Assembly: GCA_022813865.1 (NCBI GenBank)
Contig: JALDZX010000010.1
Coordinates: 310,001-374,000 of the forward strand
Origin: Xylographa opegraphella
Taxonomy: Eukaryota
Length of the DNA: 64,000 nt
Reading direction: 5' to 3'
In this document: one piece after another, positions 38,642 to 51,121 of the stretch
How the letters are laid out: the number at the start of each line of letters is the position of its first letter
Numbering within the stretch: position 1 is the stretch's first letter
Program-made: the position numbers and the translations under genes
The notes under the pieces: generated by a model
Seen by the model: the letters and a program-made list of their open reading frames with translations, nothing else
What the model was told of the DNA's origin: nothing
The model's database searches: none

Positions 38642-40223
38642 TCACTGATCATCGAGGACATGTAGATACTTCTTCTCCTCCCTCTTCTCCCGCTCCGTCG
38701 CCGCAGGTAAGTCGTAAAAAGCTGAAGACCTGTATCCTTGCTACAAGCACACAACAAAGTCAGCCTGTTCTGCAAAAGTCTATGATGGCCGTTCCAGCTT
38801 ACCAGGTAATGAAACGTCAAGCTGCTCAGCTCTGCGGGCTCGATACCCAAATCCTTGAACGTCTTGGCTTTCGGGTCAATCTTCTGATCTATAAATTGGC
38901 GTTCTATCTCATCCGGAGAAATGGTGTGCCACCAGAGAGCTTTATTCAGGACATTGGCGATGGGCTTGAGGAGCCGTTTCGGAACGTTGATGTGGCGCCT
39001 CCGCTTGACGATCTCGCGGTCAACGAGTTCAGCGATCTCAGCGGTGGAGTAGTTCTTCGGTCCATAAAGCTCATAGGTCTGGGAGGCGGTGCTGTCGTCT
39101 TGAAGCATGACTTCGAGTGCCGAGCCGACGTCAATAGCCTATAAGCTGGATCAGACAACAAACTCATATACTGAGAGATTCTAAATCATACATGGACGGG
39201 CCAGTAGCGCTCTTGCATGTAATTAGCGGTGAACATGTTGGTAACACCAGCTAGTCTATGCAGAAGGCGGTCTTCGAAGCCGAACATAGGGGCGGGCCGA
39301 ACGATTGTAGTTTCTGGAAAGATACTTCGTACTACTTCCTCGCCACGAGCCTAATTATAGGAGATCAGCGGTTGTGCAAACTACTAGGAGTGAATACCTA
39401 CCTTGGTGCGGAAAAATTCCGAAGAAGAGTTCTTGTCGGCATTGTAAGACGAGACGTGCACGAATCTATCAACATCGTACTTGGCTACCGCTTCGGCAAT
39501 GCGCTCAGCGCCTTCCACATGAACATCTTCAAGATCGAAGTTTCTGTTTCGTACTTAGCACAAGCTGTTCAGAAAGCTCATCCGCTCCTTACTTCGTCGG
39601 GTAGTCTCGTCCAATGAGGTTGTATACAATATCTGAATGCCGTACACTTTCTTCTAAGGATGGTGTGTTTCTTAAGTCATATTCCTGACCCAGATCAGCA
39701 AAAGTAGGACGAAACGATATGGTGAAAAGCTGACTAGGAATGTGACTCGTCCTAGATCTCCCATAAGCTTTAGATGGCGCTTTGCCATTTCTTCTCGAAA
39801 CGGAACAACCACTGTGCATCCCTGCCGGGCTGCAATCTGTTAAATATGCAGGACAGAGAATCGGAGAAACACCAAGTACCAAGGCGATTGCATATGTATC
39901 TTCCCAAAAAACCAGTTGCTCCGAATACTGTCGCGGTGTAGCCTGCTCAAACGATTAGGACCCATAGGCGGCTCAACATATGCAGCATTAGACCTGCCTC
40001 CCAGCGATGCCCTGTAGACCACTAGTCAGACCTGATGCTAGAACCTACGTTTGTGCCATTCTACTCACCGACCACCCTGGACCTTGATGATAGGCTTCCC
40101 CGTCCTGGTAATGACCACATCCTGCTTCAATCCTCTCCGTTGAACAAAGGAATTACCATGTCGGATTTTGTGGGAGGCGGCGCGAACTCCATTGCCAGCC
40201 GATGTAGCCCAGCACTTCTGCAT
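38642..40223 (-). CDS. NDUFA9: NADH:ubiquinone oxidoreductase 40-kDa subunit (NDUFA9-like SDR), multi-exon
   Basis: Presequence followed by RTGKPIIKVQGGR/SSLGG, TATVFGATGFLGRYI, EYDLRN..SVRHSDIVYNLIGRDYPTK, YELYGPKNYS, and C-terminal KKYLHVLDDQ*. Confidence 0.92.
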
Positions 40224-40284
40224 AATGGCGTGCTGGACTACTCTCTTTCAATTGTAATATGTCAGTCCCAGATTAGAACTTCGC

Positions 40285-40293
40285 GGTGGAGCT
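40285..40293 (+). promoter_or_regulatory. GGTGGAGCT, candidate proteasome-gene (Rpn4/PACE-like) element upstream of RPN9
   Basis: Lies about 190 bp upstream of a proteasome gene and resembles PACE (GGTGGCAAA). From memory, GGAGCT is the variant reported upstream of proteasome genes in filamentous ascomycetes. Confidence 0.45.
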
Positions 40294-40484
40294 CTAAGGC
40301 TTTGGAGGGTCCGTTGCCAAGGCCGCGCTAGTTTCCGCAATGCGCGTCTGTAAATGGTCGTCTTCGAAGCTTCAGAAGAGCTGCGTTTAAACATTGACTT
40401 CATCTTGGTTCGTCAACCCCTCGAAATCTCTTCTCCCTTAACACTTTGTTGAGAAGGGATAGTGCTTTTCTTTTATATCGCAAG

Positions 40485-41726
40485 ATGGACCCAGAAGTGA
40501 TCTCTAATTTCCTAGTGGAACAGCGTGAAGCGGCTCCAGAGAATCTACAGCAGAACTTCCTCGACATAGAAGACTATTGGGATAGGAAGCTTTGGCATCA
40601 GCTGACGGATACCCTGATCACATACTATCATGATCCAGCCAGCTCTTCTCAACGCCTGCCTCTCTTCCGACGATTCATATTGAGCTTTGCCGAGAAGATA
40701 AATCAGCTCAAGTTTGTTTCTTTAGGACTTTCAGCCGCTACACAATGCTCAGGTATTTTCGAGCAATCCCTCAAATATCTGTCATAGCTCATGATCCTCA
40801 GATGACCGCGAACGCCTCACTTTTCTCACAGACTTGACCGAGAAGGTTGATAAACCTTCCTCTCAAGACGCATACGTTTACTCGCTCGTCGCCGCTTCCG
40901 AGGTCAAGCTCCGCCTAGGGGATTACGACGACGCAAAGAAAGACCTCAACAAAGCGGAATCAATATTAGATACCTTTGACTCGGTAGAGACCGAAGTACA
41001 CGCCAGCTTCTACCGTACGAATGCCAGCTACTACCAGGTATTTTGACCTTTTCGCTCCTGATCAACCAGCGTCTAACAATATAGGGTAAACAAGACTTCG
41101 CCGCCTACTATAAAAATGCCCTGCTCTACCTCGCCTGCATCGACCTCAAAACCCTTTCACATGAGGATGCTCAGGCCCGCGCATACGATCTCAGTCTCGC
41201 GGCCTTGATCTCCGACGCCATCTACAACTTCGGTGAGCTGCTTCTGCACCCTATCCTCGACACCCTCACATCGACTGAGCACGCTTGGCTCCGGGACCTC
41301 CTCTTCGCCTTCAACAGAGGCGACCTCGCCGCATACAACGTCCTTGAGGACAATGTGTCCAAGTGCCCCTTGCTGGAGGAGCACAAAACCTTCCTGTGGC
41401 AGAAGATCTCGCTTTCGGCTCTCACAGAAGCGGTGTTCCGCCGGCCCCCACACGACCGAGCGATGACATTCGAGACGATCGCGAGGGAGACGCAGGTGCA
41501 GCCGCAGGAGATTGAGATTCTGATCATGAAGGCATTGAGTTTGGGGCTGGTGAGGGGGAGTATCGACCAGGTGGCGGAAATTGCGAGGATCAATTGGGTG
41601 CAACCCAAGGTCCTGGATATGAAGCAGATTGACAATATGCGGGTGCGCCTGAAGGACTGGGATTCAAGCGTTAATCAATTGGGGCACTGGATCGAGGGTG
41701 TGGGAAAGGATGTTTGGGCGGCATAG
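40485..41726 (+). CDS. RPN9: 26S proteasome lid subunit Rpn9 (PCI domain), 3 exons
   Basis: WDRKLWHQLT, YYKNALLYLAC, IYNFGELLLHPIL, IMKALSLGLVRGSIDQV, WVQPKVL. Confidence 0.95.
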
Positions 41727-41932
41727 CTATTCTCTTAAGTCTTAGAAGCATAGATGGCGTGGCATGAGTTCCGGCACTGCTGCAATAATTGCGAATCTGT
41801 GGACCTCTGAACCATGGGGATTGAAAATGCTGTCGAAGACACGTGCTTCAGAACCCATCAGATGATTCGTCTCACGCTACTCCGAAACTTGTCCTTGTTG
41901 TATTTGGACTGCTCTTAATTCTACATACGCTT

Positions 41933-44024
41933 TCACGACCTGAGCGGGCTCACAAAGACGCCTCCCACCAACCACGCAGGCCACCACACACACCACACGA
42001 TGACCTGCGTCCACAAGCCCGACACATTCCATCCAAAAGCCGCTTGCGTGAGGACCTCTTCGACGCTGACCCCCGAGTAGGTACAAACAGCGAACAGAAC
42101 TACACCCGGCGCCAAGGCGTGGAGCACTATACTTGAGAGTGTACGTTTCGCGATGGTCCAGGGTGCCGAGACCTCTCCTTGCGGTGGGTCCGACGGCGGG
42201 ACACCGAGGAACGATAGGGGAGAGGCCAGGAGACCAACGAGAAAAGCGAGGGAGAAGTTGAGCGTCGCCAGGGTTGCGAGGAACATGCCGAGGAGAAGAA
42301 GGGAGAAGGATTTCGTCAGGAGACGCTGCTGATGCGTCAAAGGAGCGTATGAAGATATCAGAACGGCGAGGAGGTCCGGTAAAGCGAAGTTGAAGAGGTT
42401 GAAGACGAAAAGGGTCTGGGAAAGATTCTGGTTACGGTCAGCACTACTCGTAAACCCGCTGGTTAGTGAAGCGCACCATTTGATTGGTATTGTTGAAAAT
42501 GAACAACGGAACCACGCCGAGGAAGTGAAGCCCCAGGATGATAACGACCGGTAAGAAAAGGTGCCGCTCAACAGTCGAAAGATCTTGTTTAGGAATGACC
42601 GCGGTCATCCCGTCCTGTTTGACCATAACCATCTCTAGCTCGGGCGTTTTTTCTCCTTTGGATGATGTTATCTTGGTCTTTGGCGCCCGTCCACTTTGCA
42701 ACCACAACGCGATGGCCATGATAGTGAAGTTTACTGCTACTAGCATCGCACTAGGTAGATAAGTCCCAATACTGACGAAGCGATTGGCTTGCATAAGCAG
42801 ATAGAAAAAGAAGCTTTGGTGTAAGTGCTCCAGCAGATTGTTGAGACTGCGGAACAGGCTCTCTACGCATCTTCCCATTGCCATCTCATCCTGCCAACCA
42901 TGTCCGACAGCTTGTAATGTGATGGCATCGACGTGGTATGGGATAAAGCTACTATGGGGACCTGAAGCATGTCCCAAGCCTTGGCTAACCATTCCACGAA
43001 GCATCGTTCGGAGTCTTTCTTGATAGGTGTCGCCGTGTTTCCACATTCGCTGAAGTGAGACACCGATACCCATCTGACCGCTAGCGATAGAGACAGCGGT
43101 ATTGAAAAGGTCGAGGTTTGGTAGTTGTCCATTGATGCCATCATAAGTGATATGTAACGACTCGAACCGATGATCTAGAGCGTTGTCGACAACAATGGCG
43201 CCTTGAAGTGCGCCGCTTTTCAATGGGAGAGACGCTACGGAGGGCGAGGAGTGAGCATCGTGATATGCGTCCACCCATGCTTGAGGGCCCGCTCTGCTAT
43301 CCGGGGTGATGAGAAAGATAATGTCTTTTGACCATAGCGACCATCCTAAGGCACAGGTTAAATTGTTTTCCTCACAAAATCAGCACGTCCAGACGTACTC
43401 TTAAAGTATCTTGCCAGAGTCAAGACGAGAGCCACTCCACCTTGATTTACCTCTTCATCCATGTTTCGCCATGCTGTTACAAGTACTATGGCCTCAGTTG
43501 CATCTCCTCTAGGAGCATGTAATATAGCATATACATTCTCGCCGCTATAAAAGTTTCCTGCAGCCTGGTACTCGTACTTTTGTCTTGCAACTTTCAATCC
43601 TGAAGATTTTAATATATCGCTGAGCTTCCGCGAAACTCTGTAGAAATTTTACCATCAGTTTCACCATACGTTCCACCAATGTTCGGTATTCTTACTCGTC
43701 CTGCGACTCTACAGCTAAGGCTTTGACCTCATGCTTGTAGGCGTTGAAGATGTTTTGCTCACTTCCTCCGAAATACGTGTGCACCTGACCAGGAAGAAGA
43801 GCATTCTCCGAGATGTAGGTTTGTCTCGAGTAATCATTTAGTGGTAGCAATAGCAGCCAAACCAGGCCGACGGTAATGCAAAATGCAGAGAGGTACGGGG
43901 GAATCTTTAGGAGTCGTGGGTCTCTTCGTAGTGCCGAGATTGTATGAGCTTCTAAAGTAATCAGCTATTCGAAGGGCGCCACGGATCAGATTGAGGGCTT
44001 GAAGATCTCACATATTGCCGCCAT
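41933..44024 (-). CDS. GAA1: GPI transamidase component Gaa1, multi-exon
   Basis: TYISENALLPG, GENVYAILHAPRGDATEAIVL, WSKDIIFL, NGQLPNLDL, RSLNNLLEHLHQSFFFY and C-terminal TM helices. A 13-nt first exon is inferred. Confidence 0.93.
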
Positions 44025-44643
44025 TCGAAGTCAGACCGGTCGAAGCTGGACGTAACATTGCTGAGCTTGGTCTGGTACTGTACCGTTGCGCCTACTTGGC
44101 ACCTTGGAAAGCGGATGGTCCAAGCTCGGTTGCGCGGAAAGCTTCCGGGTCAGCGGGTGCGGAATCACGAATGTGCTCAATGATGATTTTAGCGAAGGAT
44201 CGCCTAAGCACAGCTAAATTCTTAGGGGCCCAGCCTCTAAAGCCGGCCACTGTTCCAAGAGCCTTGGCTGGATTTTCTTGAAAGCTCAATGGAGAGTTTT
44301 GCTCGGTTCCGTATCCTGCGAGGCGGGCTGTAGTAGGCTGTGGTAGGCTGTGAATCACATGCTGTGCCAGAAGCCTTCATGCCTTTTCTTTGGTCATGAA
44401 GACGCGTTTGCGTTCAAGGACGATCATCTCTCAGCCATGCTGAGAGATGGGCTATGGCCCGCCATTGAGGAGGCTCGATGATTATGCATGGCGATGGAGG
44501 ATCACAGCATATAGAGAGGCGCAATAACACGCTTCTCAGCATTGACGTCCTTCACTAAACACTCTGTGACTAGACATTTGACCCTCGACAGCTTTGTAAC
44601 ATCTGTCGTCGAACTATACCTCCGTATCGACTCTGCTCCTAGG

Positions 44644-45303
44644 ATGGCCAAATATATCGTCCCTGCAGAGGCTCAACTACCACCCCTTCCACACCACCTT
44701 GGTGTCCTGCCGAACTACTATGCAACTCAGCCCACCACTCTTGTAATGAGAGAAAAGATTATGAGCTTCACTGGGAACGATTATCACATCAAGTCCACCG
44801 AAGGAGCGTCGATACTAAGAGTCCGAGGAAATGCGATGAGCCTATCCGAGCGGAGTGAAGTCTCTGACAACCAAGGCCAACTCCTCTTCACAGTCAGGCG
44901 CCGGCTCTTATCTTTCCTAAAGGACTACTACGCCGAAGATCCGAGCGGAAACAAGTTCTTGGCAGTGGACGGAGAGTTTAGCTGTACGTTCTCTTTCCTC
45001 CTATCCACCAGGATCGCAAGCCGCTGACACGCTTTCACAGTTGGTCGCAACAAGGCATCAATCAGTTTCATAAACGCGTCCGACGCGCAAGAGATTCAGC
45101 TCAAAATGAAAGGCGATTGGTTCGACATGACAACTGAGATCAAATGGGGTGATGCTGTTGTAGCTAGGATCGACCGGGAAATGCGAACTGGCTGGCAGAT
45201 ATTGGGAGGCCCGCAGACATACTTTGTCACGGTTGCACCCAACGTCGATATGGCGCTCATGGTTGCGCTTTGTATCTGCCTTGATGAGCGACGCCGTAAT
45301 TGA
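44644..45303 (+). CDS. LURP-one-related / tubby C-terminal-like (DUF567) protein, 2 exons
   Basis: TLVMREKIMSFTGNDYHIK, MKGDWFD, VVARIDR, QTYFVTVAPNVDMALMVALCICLDE. Intron at about 44983-45040. Confidence 0.8.
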
Positions 45304-45997
45304 CCTCTGAAGTCGGCGACACGGTTATTCGATCAGCGAGTGGCATGTTCAATTAGCTTTAGCGCAAAGACGTGGGCTTACACGTCCTTGTACTCCGTAG
45401 TGACAGATGTAAAAAGTCATGATAGAATGAGAACAAGGACTCGGTATCATAGGGGAGAGCGCGCCAAAACTGTTGTCTAATAGGCTACGTTCCACTCGGG
45501 ACTCCCTTAAGCGAGCCCGCCGAGACGCCCGCGAATCACCGCCGTCATGAGTTTTGGATCTAGGCCTCTCTCTTTCTGGCTCGATGAAATTGTGCAGGCA
45601 ACCATCTAGCCGCTAGCTAGCCACCCCTAGAACTTTGTCCAATTGCGCCCACGCCCAGCTAATACTCGTCAAATCTGCAGTTCCTCGCATTCTTGCCGTC
45701 AATATTGCTTCGAGCATACTGTATCCCATACGGGCGTAATCGTGGGGAGTCGCCACCATTGAGTCTTTCACCCAAGCTCCGGCGTCCTCTCAATCCTCTG
45801 CGCTTCCTTCGACGCCCAGCGCGACAAGCACGATTCCCACATCCTCTCCAGCGCGGCCGGCCAGCAGGAGAAGCAACGTCACAAAGCAGATCTTCCAATT
45901 TGCTTTAGGATATCCGCAGACGCCTCCAGAAAATAGTCCTGAGCTTGAGCCAACTGATCCTTTGGTAGAGTCTACGGAACCTCAGGAAAGTAGAACG

Positions 45998-48532
45998 ATG
46001 GGAAGCTTTTTGTTTCAGTGGTGAGTAAGCTTTTGGCCCTGACTCGTGAACACTGCTTCAAAGTCACTGTCGCCCTCGGCTGCACCGTTTTGCTTGAGGT
46101 AGGTCGAGTATTCGTGCTGATCGTCATCGTACAGGAACCACCCTGCCAACGAGGTTCACGTTACGGGCACTTTCGACGACTGGTCAAAGAGTGTGCTGTT
46201 GGAGAAGAAAGATGGAGATATGCATGAGAAGCTGGTAGAGCTCCCACGAGCGGACGAAAAGATATACTACAAGGTGAGTGAGTACTGGTTACGCTGGTTT
46301 CCTTAGCAGTCAAGCTGCTCCAGGCAATGACCCACTTTTACGTTGCGGCCTCTGCCAATTCCGCCTTTCAAGAACTAAAATAGGTATCATGCCACATGTC
46401 CTTCATTCTTTTACCTCCCACAGAAGGAATTTTCAGATTTGCAAGTCAATGATTCAGCATGTGCAAATGCCCGCTATCGTACCTTTGCGGTTAGACTGCG
46501 GCGCATCTCATCAAAAGCTTTCCGCATGGACCACAGCCAAGCCCAACCTCAGCTCACTTCACACGAGCCTAGTTTGCGCAATCTCCCTTCACCTTCCTAG
46601 GTAGTCTTTTGGAATCTCGAGTGTTCAACGAGTTCTAGTGATTTGTCAAAGTTAACGACTAACACATCTACGTTGACTTAGTTTGTCGTCGACGACAATT
46701 GGATCACAGATCACACTGCCCCTCAAGAAACCGATAGCGCAAACAACACAAACAACGTACTCTTACCCGAGCAAATAACAAAATCTCAACCTTCCACGAG
46801 CCAGTCTGGCGCCGCTGGGATGACTTCTTCCCATGTCCCAGGCAGTTTCCCGGAGACTCCAGCAGCTGAGCGCACAGGATTCACTGACGCAGACGCCGCG
46901 CCTGCTGACACTACCAACGCTGCTGATGAATCCGAACAAGCTTTCGGTGTCTCTCCTCTACCCGCCACTTCTGGTATAGGCAATCCAGTGCAAACCAAAC
47001 CAGGCGACTCAGTTCCTGACCCAAGCTCATTCACCAACAACACGATCACCTCTGCCGTCACTACCGACAAGGAGTCGTACGAGCGAGGGTCTAACGCGCC
47101 TCAGCTTCCAGACGTTGTCACCCCGCAGAAAGAACGTGATGCTAGAGGAGGTGGAATGTTTGGCTTGCCCGAGCTGTCCCGGGGTATGATCCCAGAATCG
47201 AGCCTGCCTATGGGAGGAGCTTCTTTGGCTGAGAAAGATCCCGGTTACACAATACAATCTTCTGGGCCACAATCATCAACTGCTGAGCTCGCAGGCAAGG
47301 TTCCACTTGAGCCTCGCGGTGTTCCTGAGGTGGTGCAGCAGAGCCAAGCAGAAGCTGGCTTTGCTCCTGAAGCAACTGCGAACAAGGAAGCTCTAAAGGA
47401 GAAGGCTGCAATGGAGCAAGAACTCGAGAGCAAAGTACCCGAAGAACCAGCGACAGCTGAAGGAACGAGTACCGCAAATGGTGGCACAATGGACAAGAAT
47501 GCTACCTCGGATGGGGAGATTGCTGGTATGGCTGCTGGGGGTGCAGGAGCTACAGCTGCTGTTGCAGCCGCTGCAGGTTATGCTTCTCGAGGTCTGCCAG
47601 CATCCATTCAGCAATCCATTGATCAAATGAACAAAGGCACCGCCATCGATCCGAGTGTACCAGACGTAGTCCAGGAATCAATTGCAAAAGCGCACGTAGC
47701 TCCTGAGGCAGCTGCTAGCTCCGGAATGGTACAAGAAAAGAGTGTGATGGAAGCCGAGCTCCTCAAGAAGATTCCTACAGAGGAATCAGGCAACCAAGCC
47801 CAAGTCCCAAATATCGTTCAGGAATCCATGGCTCAGGCGCAATTCCAGCCAGAAGCCGCTTCCAGCCCCGAAATGGTCCAAGAGAAGAGTGCTATGGAAG
47901 CCGAGCTCCTCCGAAAAGTCCCCGAGGAGGAAATGGGCGGCGAACCCGCGCCATCTGCTGCTGCTGCCCTATCTGAAACCGCACCAATCCCTACGATGAA
48001 GTCAACTGAGACTCCTCTCGCTACATCGTCCATCGCAGCGCCTCCTACAATGAAGTCTGCGGATACTTCGTCGCCTATGAAGTCTACCGAAACACCAACA
48101 TCTGCTCCCATGACCAGTGACATCCCTCCACCAGTCTCCAGTACGACAGATATGCCAGCGAACGGCTCTGCTTCCGCCTCTGGCCCTGGTCTTAATGCAC
48201 CCGCTGCAGCCCCTGCTCGCTCTTCAATGGCACAGGCTTTGAGTACCCCGAGTGTCGAGTCCCGTGATGTATCCCCCATGACTCGCGGCCCAGGCACGTC
48301 GGCTCAGGCGGAACCTATGGTCACCACTGGGGTCGCGTCGTCCTCTACTGCTGCTTCAACACCTGCAAAGGCAGCCGCCACCAAAGCGGCCACGCCCAGC
48401 AGTTCCAGCCCTATGAGTTCCAAGACTGGCGAGAGCAGTGCCGGCGCTTCTGCTGAGACCAAAAAGAAGCATCGCGCAAGTGGTTTCTTCGGGAGGTTGA
48501 AAAACAAGTTTGGCGATAAGCACAAGGATTAA
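45998..48532 (+). CDS. CBM48/AMPK-beta glycogen-binding domain protein (Mdg1/Crp1-like) with a repetitive low-complexity tail, 3 exons
   Basis: Spliced N-terminus MGSFLFQW/NHPANEVHVTGTFDDWSKS...KIYYK/FVVDDNWITDHTAP..NNVL, which the ORF track misses, joins in frame to the 46820-48532 ORF. Confidence 0.85.
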
Positions 48533-49169
48533 AGAGTCTACTGGACTATGGTTGGTAATCTGGAGAGTGTGAACCGCTGCGATTGTTGGTTGGCAGAGTG
48601 AGTATCGTATGTTCAGAGCAAGTGACGCGTCGGTCTACAGCAGGGGGGTGTGCTGCACAGAGTTTTGCCTGTATTCATCATACCCATTTCCTGTTGATCG
48701 GTGTTGATCCCAAGTTTGTTGTATGTAATCCGGTGTGGACAGTGAATGAAGGAGGTAGGGGAGGAGGCGAGGCTTTGTGGATAATTCGGAATTGCGCAAG
48801 GTGACTGCTTTGTGGTTATGGTAATGCCGGTCTGTAGATGCCTGTGGTACTTATTCTAGGACCGATGCTAGTTCTCTAATGGCATGAGTTGCGATCACTG
48901 TGCCAAGTCTGCAACTACTTTTACGTGCTTTTCATCATGACTGACTAATTTAACTTGTGCTTCTCGTTCGGGACGCCGAGAATTATGTATTATGTGTACG
49001 GTAAGCTGGATGATTCAAGTTGCGGACAATGTCGCATCTCGAATCAAGCCCCATACCGTTGATTCTTACCTCGCTCACTGGCTATAAGTTGATGTGCCGG
49101 AACTCAGAGAGTCTGGTAGATCTGGCTCGTCACTGTTACAGGCAATACTGCCAGATCGACCACAAGGTA

Positions 49170-51121
49170 CTATTTTTTAGTTTTACTTGCAGGAAGTGAT
49201 CGGATCGCCTTCAGATTCAGTCTCTTCTGCCCACTAAATGGTACCTTGTCATCCTCCTTGTGGGCGTTTGCTAGATGTCGTCGTTGCTGAAGGAAAATGG
49301 AATAGTCTGCGCCGACCAAGCAATCCAGGAACGAGTACCGCGGGCCCTTTTGGTGTTCATTAAATTCCACCATTGTCTCCCACCGCTTCAAAGAATAGAT
49401 CAGATTCCTTCTCCCCGTGGTGAAGCAGGCTTGAATGTCCTTGATTTGCGTGATTCGTTTGCCCAAATCGTTTGTAGGATTCCCGGGATCCTGCAAGCAG
49501 AGCAAGAAAGGCATGTCCTCGTTTGGCTTTCGAATGAAGTCGATACCTCGGAGGACTGGATCCGCGAGACGCTCCTCCCGCTCTTCGAGTGACATTTTGG
49601 GAGGAGTTTTAGTAAAGCTCATAGGCGGATTTGCAGCATAGCCATATGCGTACAGATCTGCTGTCGACCAGAATTTAAGAACGTGCAGTAGCTCGAGGGC
49701 CAGACTTTCAGGGGCGAAGGTTTGGCGGGAGTGCTTGAAAGCCGTGACAATCATGATAAGAAGAGAGTAAGATCCAACTCCGCCATCACGAGCCGTGCTG
49801 AAGCCCCTCATGAAAAGAAAGTGACGTAACAACACGTAGAGAGGGCGCAGACCAGGGAACTCGGACAAATAATGCATCGAGTATTCCCGTGCAGGCATGA
49901 AAGATGCCAGGGTCTGGAACTGTAGAGCAAGTTGCGTGTTGACGTCAACAGCAACGACCAGGTTGACACGAGCGAAGATAAAGTTCACGTGTTCGTATCG
50001 TGGAGATTTTATCAGAGCTTTCTCAATTTTCCTGAGCAGCGTGGCACCGCCACGTCGTGCTTCCGGTCTGTGGATACTAGGTCCACGCTTTAAAGAGTCT
50101 TTTTCATACTCTGGGAGAGACACGGAAAAGTCGATATCAGATAACGGAGACGCGATTCCTGTGTACCGCGACCCATGCATTGTAAGCATACTTTTTGGTG
50201 CTACCGCGGCTACCGTGGATTGAGTAAGAGTAATTGCGGCCTGGGTCGATTGTTCTTCATCAGAAGTTGGCTTCATGAACCTCTCAAATGCCCTTATTTC
50301 CTCGCCCAAGCTATGTCATCGTCAGTTTGCGTATAAGCAGCAAATCATCTTTTCGAAACCAACCGTAGCATACCATCTGATTTCCCAGATTCAACATAGT
50401 CGATCCAAGGCCTCCAATGTTCATCTACCTCAACAGCATCCGTCACGTGCGAATTGCTGAGCCGCGGCTGAGAGTCGCTAGATTTGTTGTCTTGAGATGT
50501 TGCACGGCGTAACTTTTTAGAATACCATGCCTGCCTACGTTGCCATTGACCCTGAACCACTCGATATCGTCCTTTGTGCTCAAGGGATTGGTTTGTCGGA
50601 CTTTGGTGTTTCGATGATAATCGTGATAAATCATGAGTGTTGCGTTCCATTTCTATTGAATCATGAGTCGAGGAATCGGACCCAGGGGTGACCTCCTCAT
50701 TGCTCTTTATGTTGGGTTTACCAGTGCGAGAGCTGGGTTCTTGGTCAGGCCGCAGCTTCAGGTTCCGGAGTCCAAGCCCCATGGCTGGAGCGATTTTGAC
50801 TTTGCGGATGTATTTCGCGCGGTTTGCAGCTCGGTGTGCCTCAAGCGTAGCTTGTAAGTCATCCACAAATATGTTCTTGTCGGCTGGCTTGCGCTGACCT
50901 TGACTCACATTGAGAGCATCTCGTAATGATACGCCTGCGTCCTGTATGGCCGTTATGTCTTCATCTTTGGGTGTTTCAATTGCACTAGCAAAGTAGCTAT
51001 AGGTACGGCTCGCCCGCCTTGAGTCATCCAAGAAAGCTAGAGAGGTACAGTCAATGAACGGAGAGAACCGCCATTTAGAATTGAGATGTCGGCATTGGTG
51101 TAGTAGGTGGGACGAGGACAT
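49170..51121 (-). CDS. Non-canonical poly(A)/terminal nucleotidyltransferase (Trf4/Cid14-like, Pol-beta superfamily), 2 exons
   Basis: HGSRYTGIASPLSDIDF (GS..DxD), ARVNLV, GGVGSYSLLIM, and the PAP-associated motif LLCLQDPGNPTNDLGK. Intron at about 50311-50363. Confidence 0.82.
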
